A stretch of DNA of 64,000 bases, from the IMG/VR virus record IMGVR_UViG_3300025362_000477; one strand, 5' to 3'. Under the pieces are notes generated by a model. It worked only from the letters and a program-made list of their open reading frames with translations, ran no database searches and had not been told where the DNA came from. Below are positions 18,533-27,555 of this stretch, in pieces. Made by a program: the position numbers and the translations under genes. This stretch comes from a virus. Lineage: Duplodnaviria > Caudoviricetes. How positions within the stretch are numbered: the first letter of the stretch is position 1; each line of letters opens with the position of its first letter.

Positions 18533-18804
18533 TTAATAACATCATCCAGCATCCACCTTGCAAGCGCGACTACAGAGCATCTCTCACAATGCGATACGGC
18601 TTGGCAGTCGCACGGTCTTGGCTCAAAGCGCGTTAGCAAAAATTCCGCTGTTCGCTTGGCTGCTATGTGCCAGTGGTCTGGATGAAACTGGCACATAGGG
18701 GTACACTTTCTTTCGCATCCAGCGCAATGCTCTGAATGCCTACCCAACAAGTCAGTCGAGCATACCTTTTGGGGCGTTTTCGGTTGTTCGTTTTCTTTAC
18801 TCAT
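18520..18804 (-). CDS. Small Cys-rich hypothetical protein (first gene of the array)
   Basis: ORF track; N-terminus VCSTDLLG is encoded by attC-like right arm E1. Confidence 0.6.
   Translation of the reverse strand: MSKENEQPKTPQKVCSTDLLGRHSEHCAGCERKCTPMCQFHPDHWHIAAKRTAEFLLTRFEPRPCDCQAVSHCERCSVVALARWMLDDVIKPNA
18742..18761 (-). repeat. attC-like right arm only (E1)
   Basis: GCTC GACTGACTT GTTGGGT (L box, 9 nt, GTT). Confidence 0.45.
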
Positions 18805-19598
18805 AATCTAAACGCTTCACTCGATAAAAAATTTGTTGCATTTTTTCCTTCTGAAAATTCATATATTGGGATATTATACTTAATACATATTGGTGTAAGA
18901 AGGATATTGGGGAACGTAAATAACTTCTTACTACTTGTAATATAATTAACGATCATTTGATTATCTTTTGTTATAACATGGTTGATATTAGTTAATTTCT
19001 TCAACCTTAATACATCAGAATAAGGCAGTATCTTATTAACATCTCCTATTAAACATATTATATAATCATTAAATCGTTTTGATATCTGTCCAATACATTT
19101 GAAATCTATTCTATTTCCGTTATTACTGTTTTCTAAATTAATAGTTATGAAATCTCTATGAAGTTTAATATCTTTTGTTTTATCTATATCAACAGATATT
19201 ATTTCTTTAACTTCAATCTCCTCTAATATAGTTGGTGCTTTTTCCTTTGGTGTTGGTATAACAGCTGGCCGATCTATTTTTTCATCTTCTGTTCTATTAT
19301 CAGACTTAATATAATTTTCAATACATGCACCATTATGTATATCTTTACCACATCGTTCACAAAGATTTTTCTTCTTTCTATAACTTATAATAGTTTCTTT
19401 TTTTCTTTCTCTTTTTAGATCCAATTGCACTTCTGGAGGTTCTGGTATCCCTCTCATATCAGACTTAATATAATTTTCAATACATTCACCTTCATGGATA
19501 TCTTTACCACATCGTTTACATAATCCTTTACGTTTTCGATGACCAATAATCACAGCTTTTCTAAGTCTTATTTTCTGTTCAGCTTTTGTTTCGCTCAT
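18801..19598 (-). CDS. Hypothetical protein with a duplicated CxxC-H-C Zn-ribbon module
   Basis: CKRCGKDIHEGECIENYIKSD / CERCGKDIHNGACIENYIKSD. Confidence 0.6.
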   Translation of the reverse strand: MSETKAEQKIRLRKAVIIGHRKRKGLCKRCGKDIHEGECIENYIKSDMRGIPEPPEVQLDLKRERKKETIISYRKKKNLCERCGKDIHNGACIENYIKSDNRTEDEKIDRPAVIPTPKEKAPTILEEIEVKEIISVDIDKTKDIKLHRDFITINLENSNNGNRIDFKCIGQISKRFNDYIICLIGDVNKILPYSDVLRLKKLTNINHVITKDNQMIVNYITSSKKLFTFPNILLTPICIKYNIPIYEFSEGKNATNFLSSEAFRL

Positions 19599-20011
19599 TA
19601 GTCCTCTTTTATAAAATTAGGTGGTTTAGTTGGATTTTCATACAATTCTCGTAAATGATTAAGTAACATAAGTTGACGTTCTATAAATTTAATTTGTCTT
19701 TCTTCCCATCCATTATGAGTATGCACTCCCTTTATAATTTCAATAAAATTTTTACATATATCAATATAAGAAGTAACTTCAATAATAGCAATATAAATCA
19801 AATCATTTTCAAAAACAATTTTATTTCTAGTAATGGACGTTAAATACTTATATATCAATTCATAGTTTTTATTTAATTCTTTATCTTTTCCAGTTATTTT
19901 AAATTTACCAAGGAAAACAGTTTGTTCACATGTACGTTTAAAATTCCTTATAAATTTATGATTATCAAATGTCTGATAGTTAAAGTCTAAATTTTGGTTT
20001 TTATTTTTCAT
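19598..20011 (-). CDS. Hypothetical protein
   Basis: ORF track. Confidence 0.55.
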   Translation of the reverse strand: MKNKNQNLDFNYQTFDNHKFIRNFKRTCEQTVFLGKFKITGKDKELNKNYELIYKYLTSITRNKIVFENDLIYIAIIEVTSYIDICKNFIEIIKGVHTHNGWEERQIKFIERQLMLLNHLRELYENPTKPPNFIKED

Positions 20012-20212
20012 TATTATTTGTTCTTAATAGTGTATTTCTATTCATTCTTAATTATAATACAAAAAACAAGTAAGAAATACTGTAGGTAATGGATTAAAAA
20101 TTAAAACAAGTATGAAGTTGAGAATTAATTTAGAAGTATGTCATTTAGATTCCTTTACGATTGTTATTTTATTATACTTATTTTTGTTAACTTTTACTAA
20201 ATAGTAATACGG

Positions 20213-20295
20213 TTCCGAACGGAAGAACCTTTCAGGTTCATCAATATTATCCCTCCTCCCGGAGGGATAAATGGGTTAGAGAGATTCTCTAACCC
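20213..20295. other. Cluster of four consecutive perfect hairpins in the divergent intergenic region
   Basis: TTCCG-AA-CGGAA; GAACCT-TTC-AGGTTC; TTATCCCTCC-TCCC-GGAGGGATAA; GGGTTAGAGA-GAT-TCTCTAACCC. Confidence 0.7.
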
Positions 20296-20470
20296 TTGGT
20301 TTACATGCTTATTTTTTATTCTAACGTTTCAAAATGGTTTCTTTAGATATTTCAGTAAGAAACACAATATTATATTAAAGAATAAATTTAAAATTAATGA
20401 TGGATAACGTTGATATTTCTCATTGAATAGAAAATATCATAATAAATAAATACAAAAATGGAGAATTAGA

Positions 20471-20755
20471 ATGAGTGATGAAACACAGACATATTATGAG
20501 TTTATTGAACGCATAAAGAATAAATTTGGTTCTTTTGAATTAGATGCACAGGCTGGGGCAGATAATAAATCAGCAGCACTACGAGCTCGAAAACTTTCAA
20601 TGGAGCTGCGTCGGGATCTACAGGATTTTCGTAAGGTATCCGTTGATAATGATCGGGTTAATACAAAGCATCGTCCTGAGACTGTTGCGGTAGAAGTTAG
20701 TGATGCACCGGCAGCAGGTGAGCCAGTCGCTATGCCTGATGAAGCAGTAGTATAA
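20471..20755 (+). CDS. Histone H1-like (Hc1-type) small DNA-binding protein
   Basis: NKSAALRARKLSMELRRDLQDFRK resembles the bacterial Hc1-like motif NKAAGTRARKASLEL...FRK. Confidence 0.7.
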   Translation: MSDETQTYYEFIERIKNKFGSFELDAQAGADNKSAALRARKLSMELRRDLQDFRKVSVDNDRVNTKHRPETVAVEVSDAPAAGEPVAMPDEAVV

Positions 20756-20781
20756 TAAAAATTTAAGACACTCAATTGTTT

Positions 20782-20815
20782 ACCCGATCTATTTTTTAAA
20801 TAGGTCGGGGTTTTT
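20782..20815 (+). terminator. Rho-independent terminator
   Basis: ACCCGATCTATT..AATAGGTCGGGG followed by a T-run. Confidence 0.65.
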
Positions 20816-20874
20816 CCCGTCAAAATTAAGTACCATAATCTAATATATAGGAATAAATATAAAAAGGAGTTAAT

Positions 20875-23800
20875 ATGCTTAAAAGTTTTGCAGAATGTTC
20901 AAAATGCCCGTTACAAAAGTGTGAAGGTAAAGTGTGTAAAACTAATTGTATAAAAAACATCGCAGACGTAGAGATTTTTTATCTTGTTGATGATGTTAAA
21001 TGGTGGGATGATATTCAATATCATGCAGAGGGACATAATCAGAAGTATTTGATTACTTCTCCAGTATTATGTAAATCTAATGAAACGCTATCACATAACG
21101 AATTTGAAGATGTGATGGATATTTGTAAAATAAACGCTAATACAATAATAAAGAAGTGTGAACCCAGAACAGTCATTGCAGTAGGTATATATTCATGTGC
21201 AGTAAACGCTAAACCCGGAACTGAAATTATTGTTTACAGAGACTTTGAGGAGTTTACTGAAATGATGATAGAAACAGACGATATGATGGATCAATTAGGA
21301 GAAGATTTTGATATTCTCAATGAGGATATTCCAAACAAACCAGTATATGTAGATCAATCAGATAGAACTGATATTAAATGGGGATCTAAAGATGAACCCT
21401 ATATGTTTACAATTCCCGATAAATATTACACTGATGAATATAGATTAATAGATGTTCAGATGATTGCTAGTCAGTGTAGAGTGATTTATATCTTTAGAAA
21501 TAAAGATAATAAGAAAATTTTCTATGAAGTTCCTGGAAAACAGAATGATTTTTATTGGTATGAGTCTCCGAGTACTGAAAATCGAAATATTGAATCAATG
21601 GATCGATTAGAATTGAAGATTGATAATTATAAGAATAGACTTACTGATGCTCGAGGATATGGAGGAGATGTGAATTTAGCATCTCAGCATAGTGTTGATT
21701 ATTGGAGACAAAACAAAGGCGAAGCACCAGTTATAAGTAAAAATGCTCTTCATTTTGATATTGAAGTATATACTTATAAAGATAAGATCTTTCCGGATCC
21801 AACTAGTGCATTATATCCAATCAATGCTGTTTCATTCAGGATGAATGATAATACTGATACTGAACATGTGTATCTTTTGAAGATTGACAAACATATTGAT
21901 CCTAAAATAGATGCTTTGGTTGCATCTAAGAAATATCCAAATCTAACTGTATTCACATCTGAATATACTATGTTAACGGCTTTTATTTCTAAGATAAGAT
22001 CGATGGATCCTGATTTTATATGTGGATGGAATAGTAATTCATTTGATATTCCTTATATTGTTGGTAGAATGAAGAAACTGAATATTCCTATGACGGCTTT
22101 ATCTCCATTTGGAAATATATATGCTGATATAAGAGGGAAGGTTATTCTTACAGGTTTTGTTCCAATATGTCAACTTCAATTATATAAAGAGTTGACCTAT
22201 ATTACTTTACCATCATATAAATTAGACGCCGTTGCTAAAAAAGAGAAAGTTGGTCGAAAAGTATCATATACTGGAAATTTAGATGGATTGTATAATAATA
22301 ATATTGATGTGTTTGTTGAATATTCTTTGACTGATACTGTACTATTAAAAGGAATTGAAGATGCAACTCAGCATATTACAATTCAGGATGAACTTCGTCA
22401 GATTACAACTAATTCTCATGCAGGTGCATCATCAACATTAGGTCAGGCAGAAGGTTTATTCATGACTTCAATGAAGAATGATGGTTTAATAGCAAGAAAT
22501 AATCAACATGATGCCGTTAAAGAAAAATTTCCTGGTGCTTATGTATTTGATGCTAGAGGTGGTTTATATGAAGGTCTATTATGTGATTTTGATTTTACTT
22601 CTTTGTATCCCAGTATTATTAATACTTGGAATATTGGTCCGGATACATTCTTAATGAAATTAAAGAATGAAGATGATATGTTTAATCTAATATATGATAG
22701 ATCTAAATTAAAAGATAAACAAATTGAGGTTACTCGAGATCCAATTCATAATAAGATTTCAAAAAAGATGACCTTGAAAGAACTTGAAGTATTTATTGAT
22801 GAAAATGAAGCTAATTTAAATATCACTGGATCAATATTCAGTGGTCATGATAAGCATGTTAGTATATTCTTTACTGTAATTGATTTTCTATTTAAAAGTC
22901 GCAAGATTTATAAAAAGAAAATGCTTGAAGCTAAAGAAGCTGGTGATATGGTAATGGCTAGTATATATAATGGAAAACAGATGGCTTATAAGATCCTAGC
23001 CAATTCATTGTATGGAGCTATGGGTAATGAACATTTTAGATTTTATAATATTGATATTGCAAAGAGTATTACTCTTGCTGGACAAGAACTTTTAAAATAT
23101 TGCGCAGTTCATTGTGATGAATATTTGGTTAAACGAGGAGATATACCTAAATTCAAGATGAATATTGATTTTCTTGATAAGGTAAAATCATTAACTGATG
23201 TTCTTTATGGTGATACTGATTCAATCTTTGTTTATCTCACTAATTATTTGAAAGATAAAGGAATTGTAGTTAAAAATTCTAAGGAAGTGCAAGATGAGAT
23301 TCAAAAAATTCAAAATTTTGTAAATGAAGATTCATTGAATCCTTTTCTTGCTTTACATAATTTAAAGAAGGTCCATTCAATGATTTTCTTAAAAAATGAA
23401 TTTTTATTCTCGAAATACTATACTCTGAATGGTAAGAAACATTATGCTGCTAAAGTGATTTCCCAGGAAGGAAAAGATATTTCATTCACTGAGATCAAAG
23501 GTCTGGAGATGAAGCGCAGTGAAATCCCGTCGAGATCTCAAAAATTTCTTACTACAGTTCTTGATATTATTCTTCAAGATGACATAAAAAAGAGTGATAT
23601 TAAAATTCAAGTTGATAAATTAGTAGATATTACTAGAGAAGAGATGATGGAATTAGTTGAAGAACGAGATAACTCAATTGTTCGAGTTGTATCTTATTCT
23701 AAACCATTGAATCAGTATAAAAAATTACCCCAGCATATCAAAGCCATGCTTATGTGGAATTGTATTATGGGTGAGGATTTTAGATATGGTGCAAAAGGAA

Positions 23801-24051
23801 AGTTATGGAATATTCAAGGTATTGATTTAAATAAAGCACCTGAGTCAGTTAAAGTTAATTTTAATGAGAAATTTTTGAAAAATTATTGTCATAAAGATTT
23901 AAATTGTATATGTGTTCCTGAAGATGTGGATAAATTACCTGAATGGTTCATTCCTGATATGAAAAAATTGATTTCTTATTGTTGTGATGATCGTGTTGGT
24001 AATTTGACTGAACCATTATGGAAAGAATCCGAATCAATTTTATTATTTTAG
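20875..24051 (+). CDS. Family B DNA polymerase with an N-terminal UDG-like domain
   Basis: FDIEVY, GWNSNSFDIPY exonuclease motifs; DFDFTSLYPS, KILANSLYG, YGDTDS. Confidence 0.96.
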   Translation: MLKSFAECSKCPLQKCEGKVCKTNCIKNIADVEIFYLVDDVKWWDDIQYHAEGHNQKYLITSPVLCKSNETLSHNEFEDVMDICKINANTIIKKCEPRTVIAVGIYSCAVNAKPGTEIIVYRDFEEFTEMMIETDDMMDQLGEDFDILNEDIPNKPVYVDQSDRTDIKWGSKDEPYMFTIPDKYYTDEYRLIDVQMIASQCRVIYIFRNKDNKKIFYEVPGKQNDFYWYESPSTENRNIESMDRLELKIDNYKNRLTDARGYGGDVNLASQHSVDYWRQNKGEAPVISKNALHFDIEVYTYKDKIFPDPTSALYPINAVSFRMNDNTDTEHVYLLKIDKHIDPKIDALVASKKYPNLTVFTSEYTMLTAFISKIRSMDPDFICGWNSNSFDIPYIVGRMKKLNIPMTALSPFGNIYADIRGKVILTGFVPICQLQLYKELTYITLPSYKLDAVAKKEKVGRKVSYTGNLDGLYNNNIDVFVEYSLTDTVLLKGIEDATQHITIQDELRQITTNSHAGASSTLGQAEGLFMTSMKNDGLIARNNQHDAVKEKFPGAYVFDARGGLYEGLLCDFDFTSLYPSIINTWNIGPDTFLMKLKNEDDMFNLIYDRSKLKDKQIEVTRDPIHNKISKKMTLKELEVFIDENEANLNITGSIFSGHDKHVSIFFTVIDFLFKSRKIYKKKMLEAKEAGDMVMASIYNGKQMAYKILANSLYGAMGNEHFRFYNIDIAKSITLAGQELLKYCAVHCDEYLVKRGDIPKFKMNIDFLDKVKSLTDVLYGDTDSIFVYLTNYLKDKGIVVKNSKEVQDEIQKIQNFVNEDSLNPFLALHNLKKVHSMIFLKNEFLFSKYYTLNGKKHYAAKVISQEGKDISFTEIKGLEMKRSEIPSRSQKFLTTVLDIILQDDIKKSDIKIQVDKLVDITREEMMELVEERDNSIVRVVSYSKPLNQYKKLPQHIKAMLMWNCIMGEDFRYGAKGKLWNIQGIDLNKAPESVKVNFNEKFLKNYCHKDLNCICVPEDVDKLPEWFIPDMKKLISYCCDDRVGNLTEPLWKESESILLF

Positions 24052-24095
24052 AATGAATTCATTAATTATATGAATAAAATATTAAAAGGAATATT

Positions 24096-24257
24096 ATGAA
24101 AAATAATCAAATAACTATTGATATTAATCCAGACATTCGATATGCAGCTAAATTATTAGCTAAAAAATTTGATGTATCTTTAAAATATATTATTCGTATA
24201 GCATTAATTGATATTTTGAAAAAACATAATTGTGATATTCCCGTGGAAGAATTATGA
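24096..24257 (+). CDS. Ribbon-helix-helix-like small protein (53 aa, not in the ORF track)
   Basis: AAGGA SD; MKNNQITTIDINPDIRYAAKLLAKKFDVSLKYIIRIALIDILKK; TGA overlaps the next ATG. Confidence 0.6.
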   Translation: MKNNQITIDINPDIRYAAKLLAKKFDVSLKYIIRIALIDILKKHNCDIPVEEL

Positions 24258-25084
24258 AATTATGTGAATGCGGTTGTGGTAAAGAAGTTAATTCCAAATC
24301 TGCTCGATTTATATCTGGACATAATATTAAAAAAGGACATAAATGGAAACCAAGAACTGATGAACATGCTAAAAAAATTATAAATACTAGAGTTGAAAAT
24401 AAAAGATTATTTGATTTAAATATTCCGTTTTCATTATGTAAATGTGGTTGTGGGAAACGAGTTTCAAAAAGAACTAATGTTTATATTGAAGGTCATCATC
24501 CTAGAATCGCAGGGTTTAAAGATCATAAACATAGTCAAAAAACTAAAGACTTATTTTCAAAAATTTATAAAAGCCAAGAATTTAAAGATAAAGTATTTAA
24601 AACTATGATTGATCGTTATGGAGTTAAACATGCTTTTCAAAATCCAAAATTTATTAAAAAAGCTAATAAGACTTATTTTGAAAAAACAGGATATCATAAT
24701 CCATCAAAAAATCCTTTAGAGATCGCAAAAGCTTTAAAGACTAGAAGAAAAACTAATTTAGAACGAGGTATTTGGATACCAGATGATCAATTACCTATGT
24801 TTCAACTTTACTATAGAAGAGTGTGGCATTATACCAATATAGCAGCGAAGTTAAAATATGATGATGAAAAATTATCAAAAAGAAAACTATGTGGTGTTAA
24901 AAATGGTTTACAATTAGATCATAAGTTTTCTATTCGAAAAGGATATGAAAATAATATTTTACCGCATATAATAGGTAGTCAATACAATATCAATTTAATT
25001 TCATGGGAAGATAATAGATTAAAAAATATCAGTTGTTCTATAACAAAAGAAGAACTTTTTGAACACGTTAACAAGGAAAACTAA
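24254..25084 (+). CDS. HNH-type homing endonuclease with CxCGCG repeats
   Basis: Two CxCGCG motifs; C-terminal QLDHK...NINL...DNRLK. Confidence 0.7.
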   Translation: MKLCECGCGKEVNSKSARFISGHNIKKGHKWKPRTDEHAKKIINTRVENKRLFDLNIPFSLCKCGCGKRVSKRTNVYIEGHHPRIAGFKDHKHSQKTKDLFSKIYKSQEFKDKVFKTMIDRYGVKHAFQNPKFIKKANKTYFEKTGYHNPSKNPLEIAKALKTRRKTNLERGIWIPDDQLPMFQLYYRRVWHYTNIAAKLKYDDEKLSKRKLCGVKNGLQLDHKFSIRKGYENNILPHIIGSQYNINLISWEDNRLKNISCSITKEELFEHVNKEN

Positions 25085-25409
25085 AATGTTAGATGAACTT
25101 AAAAAACTACAGAAAACTATTCATCAAACTGCGTGTGATAAAGGCTGGCATGATGAACCTATAGAGTTGGGAACATCTATTGCTCTGATGCACTCGGAAT
25201 TATCCGAGGCATTAGAGGCTGGGAGACACGGAAATCCTCCAGATGATAAGATACCTGAACACGATGGAATATCAGCTGAAATGGCAGATGTTATTATTAG
25301 AATACTCGATTATGCTGAAGAAGAAAATTTAGATGTGATTGGAGCAATGATAGCTAAAGTTGAAATGAACAAGACTAGAAGTTATAAACATGGTGGAAAA
25401 CAATTTTAA
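25059..25409 (+). CDS. MazG-like nucleotide pyrophosphohydrolase
   Basis: LMHSELSEALEA...AEMADVIIRILD. Confidence 0.85.
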   Translation: MNTLTRKTKMLDELKKLQKTIHQTACDKGWHDEPIELGTSIALMHSELSEALEAGRHGNPPDDKIPEHDGISAEMADVIIRILDYAEEENLDVIGAMIAKVEMNKTRSYKHGGKQF

Positions 25410-25421
25410 AGGATATAAAAT

Positions 25422-25874
25422 ATGAAAATATATTGTGTGAAACCAATCAGTGGTGAGAGTGGAGAAGATGTATTTAATTATTATGAAAAAATTCGAGAAG
25501 TTTTAGTAAATATTGGATATCATGTACTGACTCCTCTATATGGTAAAGGAAAATTACGAACTGAATTAGAATTTAAAGCTCATGGATATGAAAATGATCC
25601 ATTAACAACAAATCATGCTATTTTCTATAGAGATAAATTTTTTGTTCAGCAAAGTGATATATTGTATGCTAATTTTATTGGAGCTAAACGAGTCTCAATT
25701 GGATCTATAATGGAGATTGCTATTGGTCATATGTTGGGGAGACAAGTTGTTGTTGTGATGGAAGATGATAATATTCATCAACATGCTTTTGTTTTAGAGG
25801 CAAGTACTATAGTTTTCAATAATGAACCAGATGCTATTAAATATTTGGATGAAATACAAAACCAAGAGTTTTAA
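25422..25874 (+). CDS. Nucleoside 2-deoxyribosyltransferase-like protein
   Basis: RD...V.QSDIL, SIGSIMEIAIG. Confidence 0.7.
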   Translation: MKIYCVKPISGESGEDVFNYYEKIREVLVNIGYHVLTPLYGKGKLRTELEFKAHGYENDPLTTNHAIFYRDKFFVQQSDILYANFIGAKRVSIGSIMEIAIGHMLGRQVVVVMEDDNIHQHAFVLEASTIVFNNEPDAIKYLDEIQNQEF

Positions 25875-25896
25875 TTAGAATAATAAAAGGATTGAA

Positions 25897-26901
25897 ATGA
25901 AAAAACAAATAACTTTTAATGATGTCTTGATTGAACCACAATATAGTGAAATAAAGTCCAGAAATGATGTGATATTAGATACCTATCTATCAGATAATTT
26001 AAAATTTTCATTACCGATATGTGGTGCTAATATGAAAAATATAACTGGATCTAAAATGGCTATTGAACTGTATAAAAATGGCGCCTTTGGTATTTTACAT
26101 AGATTTATGAGTATAGAAAAAAATGTAGAAGAATATTTAAAATGTAAAGATATTGCTTCAACGACATCAGTATCAATAGGAATTAAAGAAAATGAAAAAG
26201 ATCGATTTGTAGAATTGTATCTAAATGGTGCTAGAATCATAACAATAGATATTGCTCATGGACATTCATTGAATATGAAAAATATGATTCAATATATCAA
26301 AGAATATGATCAAGATATTACTGTTATTGCCGGTAATATAGCCACTGGGAGCGCTGCGATTGATTTATATAATTGGGGTGCTGATGTGATTAAGATTGGG
26401 ATAGGACCCTCCCCAGTATGTGAAACACGGAGAAATACTGGAGTAGGTGTATCTCAATTATATGCTTTAAAATCAATAGATAAAACTTTAAAGGATAATG
26501 ATATAAAAATTCCTAGAATTGCTGATGGGGGAATTAAATATGTTGGTGATATAAGTAAAGCTTTAAAGTATTCCGAAATGTGCATGCTCGGTAGTATGTT
26601 ATCTGGATATACTGAAACACCATGTAAATTCTTTCAGCGATTAAATGATCATGGTGAATTGGAATGGTATACTATGTATGGGGGTTCTGCATCAAGTGAA
26701 AATACAGGAAATTCTTCTTTCTCAGAAGGTCGAGTTCAAACTGTTCCATTAAGAGGAAAAGTAAAATATCAATTAAGAAAAATTGAAGATGGTTTGCGAT
26801 CAGCATTTTCTTATTCAAATTCAAAAAATTTATCAGAATATCAAGAAAAATGTAAATTAAATGAAATTAGTATAGCATCTATAAAGGAGAGTAAATTTTA
26901 A
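25897..26901 (+). CDS. GMP reductase / IMPDH-family protein (no CBS domains)
   Basis: TFNDVLIEP, IDIAHGHS, GNIAT, KIGIGPSPVCETR, IADGGI, MLGSML. Confidence 0.9.
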   Translation: MKKQITFNDVLIEPQYSEIKSRNDVILDTYLSDNLKFSLPICGANMKNITGSKMAIELYKNGAFGILHRFMSIEKNVEEYLKCKDIASTTSVSIGIKENEKDRFVELYLNGARIITIDIAHGHSLNMKNMIQYIKEYDQDITVIAGNIATGSAAIDLYNWGADVIKIGIGPSPVCETRRNTGVGVSQLYALKSIDKTLKDNDIKIPRIADGGIKYVGDISKALKYSEMCMLGSMLSGYTETPCKFFQRLNDHGELEWYTMYGGSASSENTGNSSFSEGRVQTVPLRGKVKYQLRKIEDGLRSAFSYSNSKNLSEYQEKCKLNEISIASIKESKF

Positions 26902-26902
26902 C

Positions 26903-27508
26903 ATGAAAGATTTTATAGTATTGGATACTGAAACCAAAAAACATGCTGATCAGATTCAGGGTGGATGGGATAATATTGAAAAGATGGAACTTGCAACTGA
27001 AGTTACATATTCATCTCAATTAGATCGATATGTTTTTTGGAAACCTTCTCAAAAAAAAGAATTATGCAAATATTTACATGATCAATTAGTGGTTACTTTT
27101 AATGGGATGATGTTTGATACTAAACTATTGTTAGGTAATGATAGAATTCTTCAAGATAATGGAGTGACTGAAAATGATAAATATAGATGGTATAATGCTG
27201 ATATTTACGTTGAGATTTGGCGTCACATTTTGAACATGGATCGGTCCAATTATAATATGATACTCAAAAAAATAGGTGAGCAGAAATTCCCTAGAAACGT
27301 ATTCAATTTAGAATCAGTTGCTAGCGCTACTCTAGGAATACCAAGAACTGGTAAAGGGGACCAAGCACCCGATCTCTTTCAGCAAGGAAAGTTGTTAGAG
27401 TTATTTCAATTTAATTTACAAGATGTGAGAATGATTAAATCATTGTATCAGTTTATACAAAAGAGACAATATATCATTTCTGGTAGTTTCGATGTTGTGT
27501 CTTTTTAA
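26903..27508 (+). CDS. RNase H-like (DEDD-type) exonuclease
   Basis: VLDTET, TFNGMMFD, NLQDV. Confidence 0.7.
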   Translation: MKDFIVLDTETKKHADQIQGGWDNIEKMELATEVTYSSQLDRYVFWKPSQKKELCKYLHDQLVVTFNGMMFDTKLLLGNDRILQDNGVTENDKYRWYNADIYVEIWRHILNMDRSNYNMILKKIGEQKFPRNVFNLESVASATLGIPRTGKGDQAPDLFQQGKLLELFQFNLQDVRMIKSLYQFIQKRQYIISGSFDVVSF

Positions 27509-27555
27509 TAGGATACGTTTTCTTACTTAAAGGAATAAAATTTAAAGGAGTTAAT

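Larger units (their letters stand above)
16707..18804 (-). mobile_element. GC-rich array of small genes separated by attC-like sites (integron cassette-like; no integrase in window)
   Basis: Four complete and three half hairpin sites with AAC-(8-9 nt)-L box / L box-(9 nt)-GTT geometry; GC visibly higher than flanks. Confidence 0.65.

Noticed and set aside
17032-18761. CRISPR array
   Set aside because: The repeats are divergent hairpins separated by whole genes, not identical repeats with 30-40 bp spacers.
25897-26901. Intein in the IMPDH-like gene, polymerase or helicase (common intein hosts)
   Set aside because: All are continuous, with no Hint motifs.
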